Shown: one piece after another, positions 24,295 to 32,788 of the stretch
Position numbering within the stretch: position 1 is the stretch's first letter
How the letters are laid out: each line of letters opens with the position of its first letter
Source of the DNA: Actinomycetales bacterium UBA1416
GTDB lineage: Bacteria > Actinomycetota > Actinomycetes > Actinomycetales > Actinomycetaceae
Assembly (NCBI GenBank): GCA_002304945.1
Contig: DBPQ01000106.1
Coordinates: 19,270 to 83,269, forward strand
Direction: 5' to 3'
Length of the DNA stretch: 64,000 nt
The notes under the pieces: model-generated
Told to the model about the DNA's origin: nothing
Seen by the model: only the letters and a program-made list of their open reading frames with translations
The model's database searches: none
Position numbers and translations under genes: made by a program

Positions 24295-24471
24295 TCACAC
24301 GCCCTTGCCGGGGCTCTCCTGGTTGAGGCCGCCGGTCAGGGGGTCCTCCGCGGCGTCCGGCTCGAGCGGGAGGCCCTCCTCGATGTTGTGGCGCGGGTCG
24401 GTGTCGATGGGGCGGCTGGTGTCCCGCTCGTCCTCGGGACTGGCGGCGGAGGTGATGTTCTCGGTGCTCAT
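24295..24471 (-). CDS. small acidic protein (58 aa), function unknown
   Basis: Internal ATG 24471 of ORF 24295..24591 (MSTENITSAASPEDERDTSRPIDTDPRHNIEEGLPLEPDAAEDPLTGGLNQESPGKGV). Nearly every codon ends in G/C. The stop lies 3 nt before the ldcA-like start. Confidence 0.55.
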   Translation of the reverse strand: MSTENITSAASPEDERDTSRPIDTDPRHNIEEGLPLEPDAAEDPLTGGLNQESPGKGV

Positions 24472-24505
24472 GCGGCAGAGCCTAACCCGGCTGATACTTG
24501 GTCGC

Positions 24506-25555
24506 ATGATGTCAGAACCGTGGCTGTCGCTCACCGAGCACCTCGACCGCGCCGCCGATGACGGCGACTTCTCGGGAACGGTGCTCGTCACCGCGGGGGA
24601 GGAGACCCTGCTGCACGCCTGTCACGGCATCGCGAACCGAGCGGCGGGGGTTCCGGTCATGAGGCGCACCCGCTTCGGCGTGGCCTCCCTCTCGAAGATG
24701 TTCACGGCCGTGGCCGTCCTCGCCGCGCTCGACGACGCCGGCGTGGGTGTCGACGAGCGGGTGGTGGACCTGCTGCCGGAGTGGCGTCGACCCCGCACCC
24801 TGGACCCCGGGGTCACCGTCCACCACCTCCTGACCCACACCTCCGGGATCGGCGACTACGCGGAGGAGGACGAGAACCTGCCCGGGTACGTCCCCGACTA
24901 CGCCGCCCTGTGGCGGGAGCTGCCCAACTACCGGATGCGGCGGCCGGATGACTTCCTGCCGCTGTACTCCGGCCTGCCGGCCGTGCGCCCTCCCGGCGAG
25001 GCCTACCACTACTGCAACGCCGGGTTCGTGCTCCTCGGAGCCCTGCTCGAGGAGTTGACCGGGGAGGAGTTCACCGAGGCGGTCGCGGCCCGGGTGCTGC
25101 GGCCTGCCGGAATGCGCCAGAGCGGGTACTTCGCCCTCGACGAGGCCCTCCCGGACATCGCGTTGGGGTACTTCCCACCCGAACGCCCCGGTGGGCCGTG
25201 GCGCTCCAACATCTACTCGATCCCGGTCGTCGGGGGCGGCGACGGCGGCGCCTTCGTCACGGCGCAGGACCTGGACCGCTTCCTCCGGGCCGTCGCCTCG
25301 GGCGGACTGCTGGGAGACGGCACGACGGCGCGGATGCTCACCCCGCACGCCCAGGTGGAGGAGGGCCTCTGGATGGGGCACGGGGCCTACCTGCGGGGGG
25401 ATGGCAGCTTCGGGTACGGCGGGGGAGACCCGGGCGTCGAGGCGATCGCCCGCCACCTGCCGTCCCGTGCCGCGACGATGGTGATCCTCGCCAACCAGGA
25501 GGGCTCCCTCGACGCGGTGTACGACCAGGTCATCGAGGCCTTCCGGACCCTCTGA
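24506..25555 (+). CDS. serine hydrolase, class-C beta-lactamase/PBP4*-like family
   Basis: In-frame ATG 24506 of ORF 24017..25555. SxxK (ASLSKMF) and YxN (YHYCNAG) motifs. Confidence 0.85.
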   Translation: MMSEPWLSLTEHLDRAADDGDFSGTVLVTAGEETLLHACHGIANRAAGVPVMRRTRFGVASLSKMFTAVAVLAALDDAGVGVDERVVDLLPEWRRPRTLDPGVTVHHLLTHTSGIGDYAEEDENLPGYVPDYAALWRELPNYRMRRPDDFLPLYSGLPAVRPPGEAYHYCNAGFVLLGALLEELTGEEFTEAVAARVLRPAGMRQSGYFALDEALPDIALGYFPPERPGGPWRSNIYSIPVVGGGDGGAFVTAQDLDRFLRAVASGGLLGDGTTARMLTPHAQVEEGLWMGHGAYLRGDGSFGYGGGDPGVEAIARHLPSRAATMVILANQEGSLDAVYDQVIEAFRTL

Positions 25556-25568
25556 GGTCGGACTCCGT

Positions 25569-27338
25569 CTACTCGGTCTCGAACACCCGCACCTCGAACG
25601 GCGCAAGTGCGATGTCGGCCCATCCGTTGCCGACGCCCACGAGGGGCACCGCCCCCGGCCGCGCCCCCCGCTCCCGCCAACCGTGCCACACCCACGGCAC
25701 CCCGTACTGCGGGAAGTCCTGGGGTCCCGTGTTGGCGACCACCACCACCTGGCCGGCGCTCCCGAGCGGCCGTCCCGAGGTGCGGCAGTAGGCGAAGACG
25801 CGTGCGCCGCCGTCGTGAGGAGGCAGGTCGATGGCGGGGTGGAGATGGAAGACCTCCACCTCGTCCCGGTGCAGCGCCGGGTGCGCGGTCCGGAGGCGGA
25901 TCAGATCGCCGACTGCCGCGGCCGTCTCCCGGTGACTCGGGGCAGACGCCCTGTACCAGTGCACGGCCCGTGGTGTCCCGGACCCGGCAGGAGTCGCCGC
26001 TCCCTCGGTGTCCCCGAACTCCTCCCCGGCGAGGAGGAGGGGGATCGTCACGGAGGTGAGGAGCAGCGCGTGGGCGCTGCGCACGCGGTCGAGCGCCTCT
26101 CGCAGGAGGTCGTCCTCGTCCTCAGTCGGCCGGGTGGCACGGAGCACGTCGAGCACGTGGTCGAGGAGGCGGGGCTCTCCGTCGGGCTCGGTCACGAACG
26201 CCACGGACCGGGTGAGGCGGTCGAAGCCGCGGCACGAGACGAGATCGGCGATCCTGCTGCGTCTCGGCGGCTCACCCCAGCCCGGCGTGATGCGGTCGAG
26301 GAGGAGCCGGCGGAGCTCGTCCCGATACCCCGGGTTCCAGGCGGCGTCGACCACCCTCCGGTGGTTCGGGTTGGTGGGGGCGTCGGTGGCCGCCACGGGG
26401 CGTACGAGGGCGTCCTCCGCGATGACGGTGAAGGGCCTGCGCGGGAAGCGCCAGTGCGCTGCCCCGCGCGCCACGTCGCGGAACTGCTGGACGAACTCCC
26501 AGTTGTCGAGGGACGCGAAGCCGCGGATGCGGAACCCATCGATCCGGTAGTCCTCCACCCAGCGGCGGGCGGACTCGAACTGCAGTTCACGCGCCCAGAA
26601 CTGACCGTCCACCTTCTCCTCGTACTGGAACCGGCCGTCCGGGCCGAAGTACCGGTCCGGCGCGAGCACCGCGAGCGGGTTGCCCTCAGTGCGGGCGAGG
26701 TCGACCGCGAGGAGCACGCGGATACCCCGGCGGTGGCACGCCTTGACCAACCAACGGAGGTCCGTGGGGGCACCCATGTCGAGATCGGGCGCGAGGAGGA
26801 ACCGCGGACCGGTCCGTCGTGCCGCCGTGGCGGGAGAGTCCTGCACCTCGTCCAGCTCCAGGGCGCTCACACCGAGTGCGGCGAGACGGTCGAGGTGGTC
26901 GAATGCCACCTCCTCGAACGTTCCCAGGCGGGGGTGGGCATCCACCTCCGTCTCGACCCACCGCATCGGCAGGGCGAGGACGACGAGGCGCTCGTCGGGG
27001 GCCAGCTCCACTCCCTCGGGAAGCTCATCACCCCAGTCGAAACCCTCGTCCTCCGCGCCGTCGCGGATCCGCAGGACGCCCCGGTACCCGCCGAACCTCG
27101 TGACCTCGGTGGCGAACGGGTCAGGGATCGGATGCGCGCGGTCGCCGTCCAGGACGAACTCGTACTCGTGGGGACCGTCCGGGAGCGCGAGGGCACTGAC
27201 GTCCGCCTGCCACCAGCCGTCCGGCGTGCGGGTGAGGGCGTGGTACCGCCAGCGTTCGCCGAACCGGTCCCGGTCCGCCAGCCGCGCGGTGCGGACCTCC
27301 ACGGAGGCCGCGGCCGGTGCTGGGATCCTGATCGGCAT
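25569..27338 (-). CDS. CBM48 + GH13 (isoamylase/GlgX-like) homolog with substituted catalytic motifs
   Basis: ORF 25569..27338. N-terminal E-set/CBM48-like region (GWWQADV...HEYEFVLDG...DPFA). The GH13 region II reads DGFRIRGF (26517..26540) instead of DGFRxD. Region I is LLAVDLARTEG and region IV is FVTEPDG. Confidence 0.8.
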   Translation of the reverse strand: MPIRIPAPAAASVEVRTARLADRDRFGERWRYHALTRTPDGWWQADVSALALPDGPHEYEFVLDGDRAHPIPDPFATEVTRFGGYRGVLRIRDGAEDEGFDWGDELPEGVELAPDERLVVLALPMRWVETEVDAHPRLGTFEEVAFDHLDRLAALGVSALELDEVQDSPATAARRTGPRFLLAPDLDMGAPTDLRWLVKACHRRGIRVLLAVDLARTEGNPLAVLAPDRYFGPDGRFQYEEKVDGQFWARELQFESARRWVEDYRIDGFRIRGFASLDNWEFVQQFRDVARGAAHWRFPRRPFTVIAEDALVRPVAATDAPTNPNHRRVVDAAWNPGYRDELRRLLLDRITPGWGEPPRRSRIADLVSCRGFDRLTRSVAFVTEPDGEPRLLDHVLDVLRATRPTEDEDDLLREALDRVRSAHALLLTSVTIPLLLAGEEFGDTEGAATPAGSGTPRAVHWYRASAPSHRETAAAVGDLIRLRTAHPALHRDEVEVFHLHPAIDLPPHDGGARVFAYCRTSGRPLGSAGQVVVVANTGPQDFPQYGVPWVWHGWRERGARPGAVPLVGVGNGWADIALAPFEVRVFETE

Positions 27339-27385
27339 GCTGTCCTCCGTCCGGCCTGCGGCGGGGTGGCCCCGCGCTGGTCAGC

Positions 27386-27967
27386 CTACCGAGACCGCTG
27401 GAAGAGGGCAGCCATCTCGTCACGGTCGTAGAGCCCGTTGAAGACGTCCGAGCGCGGCTCGAGCAGTACGCCGGCCGCGAGCGGTCCCGCGGGGACGGCG
27501 TCGAACCCGAGCCGCTCCACGAGCGCCATGACGGTGCGGACCGCCTCGGCGTCGTCGCCCGCCACCCCGACGGCGCGCCGACCCGGGGTTCCGGGGGGTG
27601 CGGCGTCGTCGTCGAGCTCGTCGGCGCCGAGGTGATTGAGCGTCTTCACCAGGCGGGCGCACCTCAGGTACCCCTGGACGTACTCGGAGGACGACGGGGC
27701 GGCCTCCACGTCCGGAGCAGGCCCGTCCCAGAGCGGCACGTGGTTCATCGCATCCACCACCACCCTGCCGGCGAACGGCGCCGGGTCCAGTTCCCGGAGC
27801 CGGCGGAGCGGCAGGGCGAGCACGACGACGTCGCTGGAGGCGGCGTCGGCCAGGGCGGCGGGGGAGTCCGAGGAGGAGACCGTGCGCACCTCGAGGCCGG
27901 CGTCACGGGCGAGGCGGGCGAGGACGCCGCCGAGGCGACCGGTGCCGACGATGCCGAGGGAGATCAC
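27386..27967 (-). CDS. NAD(P)-binding F420-reductase/ProC-like (F420_oxidored fold) protein
   Basis: Internal GTG 27967 of ORF 27386..28105 (VISLGIVGTGRLGGVLARLA...), a Rossmann GxGxxG at the N-terminus. Confidence 0.7.
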   Translation of the reverse strand: MISLGIVGTGRLGGVLARLARDAGLEVRTVSSSDSPAALADAASSDVVVLALPLRRLRELDPAPFAGRVVVDAMNHVPLWDGPAPDVEAAPSSSEYVQGYLRCARLVKTLNHLGADELDDDAAPPGTPGRRAVGVAGDDAEAVRTVMALVERLGFDAVPAGPLAAGVLLEPRSDVFNGLYDRDEMAALFQRSR

Positions 27968-28029
27968 CGGTCCTTTGTACCGCGAAACGCCTTGAACATT
28001 CGCTGATGGGCGAGAGGTGCCCCCTTCGC

Positions 28030-28296
28030 GCGGAGGCGAGCTGCGATGGAGCGTCCACAGGACGATCAACTCCAGCCTGCTGGCCCTCGACCAGATCGTG
28101 AACACCGCCGCGCTGTACCGCCACAGGTCCGAGGGCCAGTTCTCTGTTCCCGGAGATGAACGGCTTCTTCCGGGATTCGAGGCGTCCCCGGCGTTGCCCC
28201 GTCGGGGTGGACATCCCGGAGGCGGACTACGCCTCGCTCGTCACCCTGGCGGACGTGCTGGACTACCTTCAGGAGCGGTTGCCGGAAGCTCGATGA
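28030..28296 (+). pseudogene. degenerate carrier-protein (ACP/PCP)-like remnant
   Basis: Hand translation gives frame 3 ...[21 protein letters not shown], then frame 1 [51 protein letters not shown]. The C-terminal helix pattern GVDIPxxxxxxLxTLxDLxxYL is carrier-protein-like, but the Ser attachment region is garbled. 27 of the last 31 codons end in G/C. Confidence 0.4.
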
Positions 28297-29215
28297 TGGC
28301 GGGCGTCTCCTCCGTCTCGTCACGGTGCACGAGCAGCAGGCCCACGAGGATGGCGGCCCCGCCCACGGCCTGGATCGGCCGGAGGGCCTGGCCGAGCAGC
28401 AGCCACGCGTAGCCCACCGCGGCGACCACCTCGAGGAGGCCGAAGACGGAGGCGACCTTGGACCCGAGGATGCGTGCCCCGGCGGCGCCCGTGAGGTAGG
28501 CGGTCACCGAGCTGATCAGCGCCACGCCGAACGCCGCCACCCACCACGGGAACTGCTGCCCGCCCAGGGTCACCTCGCCCGGGGGCGCCTCCAGCGGCAT
28601 CACGCCGACGGCGACCGCGAGCCCGAACACCACCGTGGCCACGAGCATCGCCCCGCTCGTGAGCGCGATGGTGGGAAAGCCCTCACGGAGCGAACCGGCC
28701 ACCACCCAGTAGACCGCCGCCCCGATCGCGGCCGTCAGGGACCATGCCACGCCCACAGGGTGGACCACCGCGCCCGTGAGGTCGAGAACGAGCAGGAGGC
28801 CCGTCATCGCCACCGCGACCCCCGCGACCGTCAGCCGCCGCGGCCTGTGCCCGTGCCGGACCCACAGCCAGAGGACCACCAGCACGGGGGAGAGGTACTC
28901 GATCAGGAGCGCCACGCCCACCGAGAGGTACTGCACCGCGGTGAAGTAGGAGAGCTGGGCGAGTGCCACCCCGAACAGGCCGAACAGCACCACCTCACGG
29001 CCGTTCTCGGCCAGCAGGTGCCAGCGGCCCCGGAGGGAGAGGATCCCGGGGACGAGCAGGACGGCGGCGGACACGCCGATGCGGAACAGCACGGCGGCCC
29101 CGGGTGTCCAGCCGATGGCGAGCAGCGCGGCGGCGAAGGTTCCGGAGGTCGCGAAGGTGAGCGCAGACAGCAGGGCGAAGACGGGTCCCAGCGCGGGACG
29201 GGGATGGGCACTCAC
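28241..29215 (-). CDS. EamA/DMT-family transporter
   Basis: ORF 28241..29215 with a GTG start. Ten hydrophobic spans in two EamA-like halves. The last ~16 codons have poor G/C third positions and overlap the carrier-protein remnant. Confidence 0.85.
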   Translation of the reverse strand: MSAHPRPALGPVFALLSALTFATSGTFAAALLAIGWTPGAAVLFRIGVSAAVLLVPGILSLRGRWHLLAENGREVVLFGLFGVALAQLSYFTAVQYLSVGVALLIEYLSPVLVVLWLWVRHGHRPRRLTVAGVAVAMTGLLLVLDLTGAVVHPVGVAWSLTAAIGAAVYWVVAGSLREGFPTIALTSGAMLVATVVFGLAVAVGVMPLEAPPGEVTLGGQQFPWWVAAFGVALISSVTAYLTGAAGARILGSKVASVFGLLEVVAAVGYAWLLLGQALRPIQAVGGAAILVGLLLVHRDETEETPAIIELPATAPEGSPARPPG

Positions 29216-29225
29216 GCCACGACAC

Positions 29226-29231
29226 TACAAT
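29226..29231 (+). promoter_or_regulatory. -10 hexamer TACAAT placed for a leaderless mobB-like transcript
   Basis: TACAAT ends 8 nt before ATG 29240. No Shine-Dalgarno sequence lies between them. Confidence 0.35.
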
Positions 29232-29239
29232 CCGTTCCC

Positions 29240-29740
29240 ATGAGCACAGCACCAGTGGTGGCCTTCATCGGCAGGTCGGGAGCGGGCAAGACGACGCTGC
29301 TGGAGAAGGTGGTGCGGGAGCTGACGGCCCGCGGGCGGCACGTGGCCACCGTCAAGCACCACTCGCACCGCGGCTTCGAGATCGACCGCGAGGGCAAGGA
29401 CAGCTGGCGGATGGCCCGGGCCGGGAGCCGGCACGTCGTCGTCGCCGCCCCGGACAAGGTGGCGGCCTACCGCACCCTGGAGCGCGAACTGGGCCTGGCG
29501 GAGATCGTCGCGGGCATCGACGACGTGGACATCGTCCTCGTGGAGGGCTACCGGGACTCCGACGTGCCCCACGTCGAGGTGGTGCGTGGGACGCCGGGGT
29601 TCGTCGGGTCGCCGGAACGGCGCGTGGCCGTGGTGACGGACCTGGCGCTCGACGTTGACGTCCCGGTGTTCGACCTCGACGACGTTGCCGGCGTGGTCGG
29701 GTTCCTCGAGGCGATGCTGCCGCTCCAACCGCACGCGTGA
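29240..29740 (+). CDS. mobB: MobB-like P-loop GTPase
   Basis: ATG 29240 inside ORF 28325..29740. VVAFIGRSGAGKTTLLEKV (Walker A), VKHHSH, and VLVEGY. Confidence 0.85.
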   Translation: MSTAPVVAFIGRSGAGKTTLLEKVVRELTARGRHVATVKHHSHRGFEIDREGKDSWRMARAGSRHVVVAAPDKVAAYRTLERELGLAEIVAGIDDVDIVLVEGYRDSDVPHVEVVRGTPGFVGSPERRVAVVTDLALDVDVPVFDLDDVAGVVGFLEAMLPLQPHA

Positions 29741-30759
29741 CCATGGGTGAGGCGATCCAGCTCAGCGTTCCGGGCCCGCACGGGCCGCGGAAGGTGCGCC
29801 TGTCCAGCCCGTCCCGGGTGCTCTGGCCGGACCTCGGCGTCACGAAGCTCGACCTCGCCGAGTACGTGATCGCCGTGGGGGAGGCGTTCGTGGCCGCCAA
29901 CGGGGAGCGGCCCGTCTCGCTGGAGCGCTATCCCGACGGCGTGGGCGGCGAGTCCTTCTTCTCCAAGAACCCACCGCGCGGCGCGCCGACGTGGGCCCGG
30001 TCCGTCACCGTCACCTACCCGTCCGCGAGGGCCCACCCGCAACTGGTCATCGACGAGGTGGCCACCGCCGTCTGGGCGGTCCAGATGAACACGGTGGTCT
30101 TCCACCCGTGGCCGTCCCGTGCCGGGGCGTCCGACTTCCCCGACCAGCTGCGCGTGGACCTCGACCCGCAGCCCGGCACTGACTTCGGCGACGCCGTCCC
30201 CGCCGCGCGCGAGCTGCGGGAGATCCTCGCCGAGGCCGGCCTGACCGCCTTCCTCAAGACCTCCGGCAACCGGGGCCTGCACGTCTACGCCCCGATCGAA
30301 CCGGCGCACGAGTTCCTGGACGTGCGCCACGCCGTGATCGCCGCCGCCCGTGAGCTGGAACGCCGGATGCCCGAGCAGGTCACCACCTCGTGGTGGAAGG
30401 AGGATCGCGGCGAGAAGGTGTTCGCGGACTTCAACCAGGCGAATCGGGACCGCACCATCGCCGGGGCCTACAGCCCCCGGGCACTGCCGCACGCCCCCGT
30501 CTCCACGCCGGTGACGTGGGAGGAACTCGGGGACGTGGATCCGCGCGAGTTCACCGTCCGGACCGTGCCGGAGCGCCTTCGTACGGCGGGGGACCCGTGG
30601 GCGCACATGCACGACGAGCCCGGCTCGATCGAGACACTGCTGGAGTGGTGGGAGCGGGACCTGCGCGACGGCCAGGGCGAGCTGCCCTTCCCCCCGGACT
30701 ACCCGAAGATGCCGGGCGAGCCGCCACGGGTGCAGCCGAGCCGGGCCCGGAAGGACTGA
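29737..30759 (+). CDS. LigD-polymerase-domain / Prim-PolC-type archaeo-eukaryotic primase-polymerase
   Basis: ORF 29737..30759. The GTG overlaps the mobB stop (GTGA), and an ATG alternative exists at 29743. RVDLDP, KTSGNRGLHVY, and YSPRA. Confidence 0.9.
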   Translation: MTMGEAIQLSVPGPHGPRKVRLSSPSRVLWPDLGVTKLDLAEYVIAVGEAFVAANGERPVSLERYPDGVGGESFFSKNPPRGAPTWARSVTVTYPSARAHPQLVIDEVATAVWAVQMNTVVFHPWPSRAGASDFPDQLRVDLDPQPGTDFGDAVPAARELREILAEAGLTAFLKTSGNRGLHVYAPIEPAHEFLDVRHAVIAAARELERRMPEQVTTSWWKEDRGEKVFADFNQANRDRTIAGAYSPRALPHAPVSTPVTWEELGDVDPREFTVRTVPERLRTAGDPWAHMHDEPGSIETLLEWWERDLRDGQGELPFPPDYPKMPGEPPRVQPSRARKD

Positions 30760-30763
30760 TCGT

Positions 30764-31804
30764 TCAGCGGAGGACGCGGCTGAGGTCGTACGCCGCCGGC
30801 ACCTCGAGCTGCTCGAACGTGCAGGAGCGGGCATCCCTGTCCGGCCGCCACCGCAGTAACTGGACGGTGTGGCGGAAGCGGTGCCCCTCCATGTTGTCGT
30901 AGCGCACCTCGGCCACGAGCACCGGTTCGAGGCGGACGTAGGAGACGTCCTTGCTGCCGGTGAAGCGGGACCGCTCGGTCTCGCCGCGGACGATCGCGCC
31001 GGCCTCGTCCCGCATGACGAACGGCTCCAGTTCCGTCGCGAGCTCCCGACGGCGGCGGTCCGTGAACGCGGAGGCGCCGCCGACGTTGACGAGCGCGCCG
31101 TCGTCGTCGTGGAGGCCGAGGAGGAGCGAGCCGACGCCGGTGCCGGAGGTGTGGACGCGGTAGCCGAGCACCACGACCTCGGCGGTGCGTTCGTGCTTCA
31201 CCTTCAGCAGGGCGCGCTTGCCCGGCGCGTACGGCTCGGCGAGGGGCTTGGCGATGACGCCGTCGAGGCCGGCGCCCTCGAACTCCACGAGCCACCGGCG
31301 GGCGAGTTCCACGTCCCGGGTCACCTGGCTGAGGTGGATGGGGGCGGGCACGCCCTCGAGGAAGGCCTCGAGGCGGGCGCGACGCTCCCGGAAGGGGGTG
31401 GCAAGGAGGTCGTCGCCGCCGTCGGCGAGGAGGTCGAAGGCGACGAAGGAGGCCGGGGTCTCGCGGGCGAGGCGCGTGACGCGGCTCTCCGCCGGGTGGA
31501 TGCGCTGGGAGAGGGCCTCCCAGTCGAGCCGCTCGGTGCCGGGCTCGCCGGTGCGCACGATGATCTCGCCGTCGAGGACGCACGGGCGAGGGAGGAGGCG
31601 GGTTGCGGCGTCGACGAGTTCGGGGAAGTAGCGTGTGAGCGGCTTGGAGCCCCGGCTGCCGATCTCGACGCCATCGTCGGTCAGCGCGATGATGCCGCGG
31701 AAGCCGTCCCACTTCGGTTCGTAGAGGAAACCGCCGGGAACGCTGTCCGGGGCGGGGATCTCCTTGACGGCCTTCGCCAGCATCGGCGCGACGACGCCGC
31801 CCAC
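30764..31804 (-). CDS. ATP-dependent DNA ligase (LigC-type, stand-alone ligase domain)
   Basis: ORF 30764..31804 (GTG 31804 or ATG 31783). Adenylation motif YEPKWDGFR, plus DGVIAK and the C-terminal OB-fold region. Confidence 0.9.
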   Translation of the reverse strand: MGGVVAPMLAKAVKEIPAPDSVPGGFLYEPKWDGFRGIIALTDDGVEIGSRGSKPLTRYFPELVDAATRLLPRPCVLDGEIIVRTGEPGTERLDWEALSQRIHPAESRVTRLARETPASFVAFDLLADGGDDLLATPFRERRARLEAFLEGVPAPIHLSQVTRDVELARRWLVEFEGAGLDGVIAKPLAEPYAPGKRALLKVKHERTAEVVVLGYRVHTSGTGVGSLLLGLHDDDGALVNVGGASAFTDRRRRELATELEPFVMRDEAGAIVRGETERSRFTGSKDVSYVRLEPVLVAEVRYDNMEGHRFRHTVQLLRWRPDRDARSCTFEQLEVPAAYDLSRVLR

Positions 31805-32380
31805 CTACCGTCCCCCCGCGCCCCGGGCCGCGGCCTTGGCGGCCTTCTTGTTCTCGCGGACACGGGCGAGGGACTCGGGGTCCACAATGTCCGCGACCGA
31901 GAGGAAGGAGCCCTCGGCGCCGTAGTTCCCGGCTGCCTCGCGCCAGCCGGGAGCGGTGAGGCCGCGGCGCTTGCCGAGGAGGGCGAGGAAGATGCGGGCC
32001 TTCTGTTCCCCGAAGCCGGGGAGCGCCTTCAGACGGCGGAGGATCTCGCGGCCGTCCGGATTCCCGCGGGTCCAGATGGCGGAGGCGTCACCGTCCCACT
32101 CCTCGACGACGGCGCGGCACACGGCCTGCGCGCGCCCCGCCATCGAACCGGGGTAGCGGTGGACGGCAGGCGGCTGTCGGAAGACGGCCTCCAACGCCTC
32201 GGGATCGGCGTCCGCGATCGTCCTCGGATCGAGGGTGCCGAGGCGGTCCTTGATCTTCGCGGGCCCGGCGAAGGCGGACTCCATCGTGACCTGCTGGTCG
32301 AGGAGCATGCCGAGGAGGAGGGCGAGGTCATTCTCCTCGAGGAGGTGGTCAGCGGCGGGGTCTCCCGTCAGGTACGTCAT
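31805..32380 (-). CDS. HhH-GPD-type base-excision repair protein
   Basis: Internal ATG 32380 of ORF 31805..32437 (MTYLTGDPAADHLL...). LKALPGFGEQKARIFLALLG is the helix-hairpin-helix. No Fe-S Cys cluster. Its stop abuts the ligase start. Confidence 0.75.
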   Translation of the reverse strand: MTYLTGDPAADHLLEENDLALLLGMLLDQQVTMESAFAGPAKIKDRLGTLDPRTIADADPEALEAVFRQPPAVHRYPGSMAGRAQAVCRAVVEEWDGDASAIWTRGNPDGREILRRLKALPGFGEQKARIFLALLGKRRGLTAPGWREAAGNYGAEGSFLSVADIVDPESLARVRENKKAAKAAARGAGGR

Positions 32381-32393
32381 GCCCCAAGTGTGC

Positions 32394-32729
32394 TCACGGG
32401 AGCAGTGCTGCCGCCAGTTGCACCGCCTCGCGGGCAACCGGCGAGCGCACCGGCAGGATCTCGATGCCCATCGTGCCCAAGGTGCGGTGCATGCCGGCCC
32501 CCATGTGGTCCACCACCACGTGGGTCACGGCATTCTCACGGAGGAACCGGACCACCCGGGCGTGGTGGGAGCCCTCGGTGCCCTCGTCGTGGGCCACGTC
32601 CCAGCCGACGGCGTGCTCCTGCCAGTCCGAGATCGCACCGCCCTCGACCGTTGCCACCGCGATGCGGGGCGCACGCCCCCACCGCTGCTCGACTCCGCCG
32701 TCGGGGGTCACGGGAATGGCGTAGGTCAT
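32394..32729 (-). CDS. NifX/NifB-C-terminal-like (Nitro_FeMo-Co fold) small protein
   Basis: Internal ATG 32729 of ORF 32394..32813 (MTYAIPVTPDGGVEQRWGRAP...VVVDHMGAGMHRTLGTMGIEILPV). Confidence 0.65.
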   Translation of the reverse strand: MTYAIPVTPDGGVEQRWGRAPRIAVATVEGGAISDWQEHAVGWDVAHDEGTEGSHHARVVRFLRENAVTHVVVDHMGAGMHRTLGTMGIEILPVRSPVAREAVQLAAALLP

Positions 32730-32776
32730 GGTCGTTCCTCTCCTCGGTGGCTCACAGTCTCGCACCCGCACGGGCA

Positions 32777-32782
32777 TACGAT
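32777..32782 (+). promoter_or_regulatory. -10 hexamer TACGAT placed for a leaderless trkH transcript
   Basis: TACGAT ends 6 nt before GTG 32789. Confidence 0.3.
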
Positions 32783-32788
32783 CATCCC

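Noticed and set aside
20456-24561. Long ORFs 20456..22732 (minus, 758 aa) and 21289..24561 (plus, 1090 aa)
   Set aside because: They lie antisense or out of frame to hppA, dagK-like and ldcA-like. They have no recognisable domains and an extreme Arg/Gly/Pro content.
30869-32788. First ~640 codons of ORF 30869..34195
   Set aside because: This part runs antisense through the ligase, HhH-GPD and NifX-like genes. Only the part from GTG 32789 is TrkH-like.
32730-32788. Possible c-di-AMP (ydaO/kimA-type) riboswitch upstream of trkH
   Set aside because: The gap is only 59 nt and contains a -10 hexamer 6 nt from the start codon. That leaves no room for a riboswitch aptamer.
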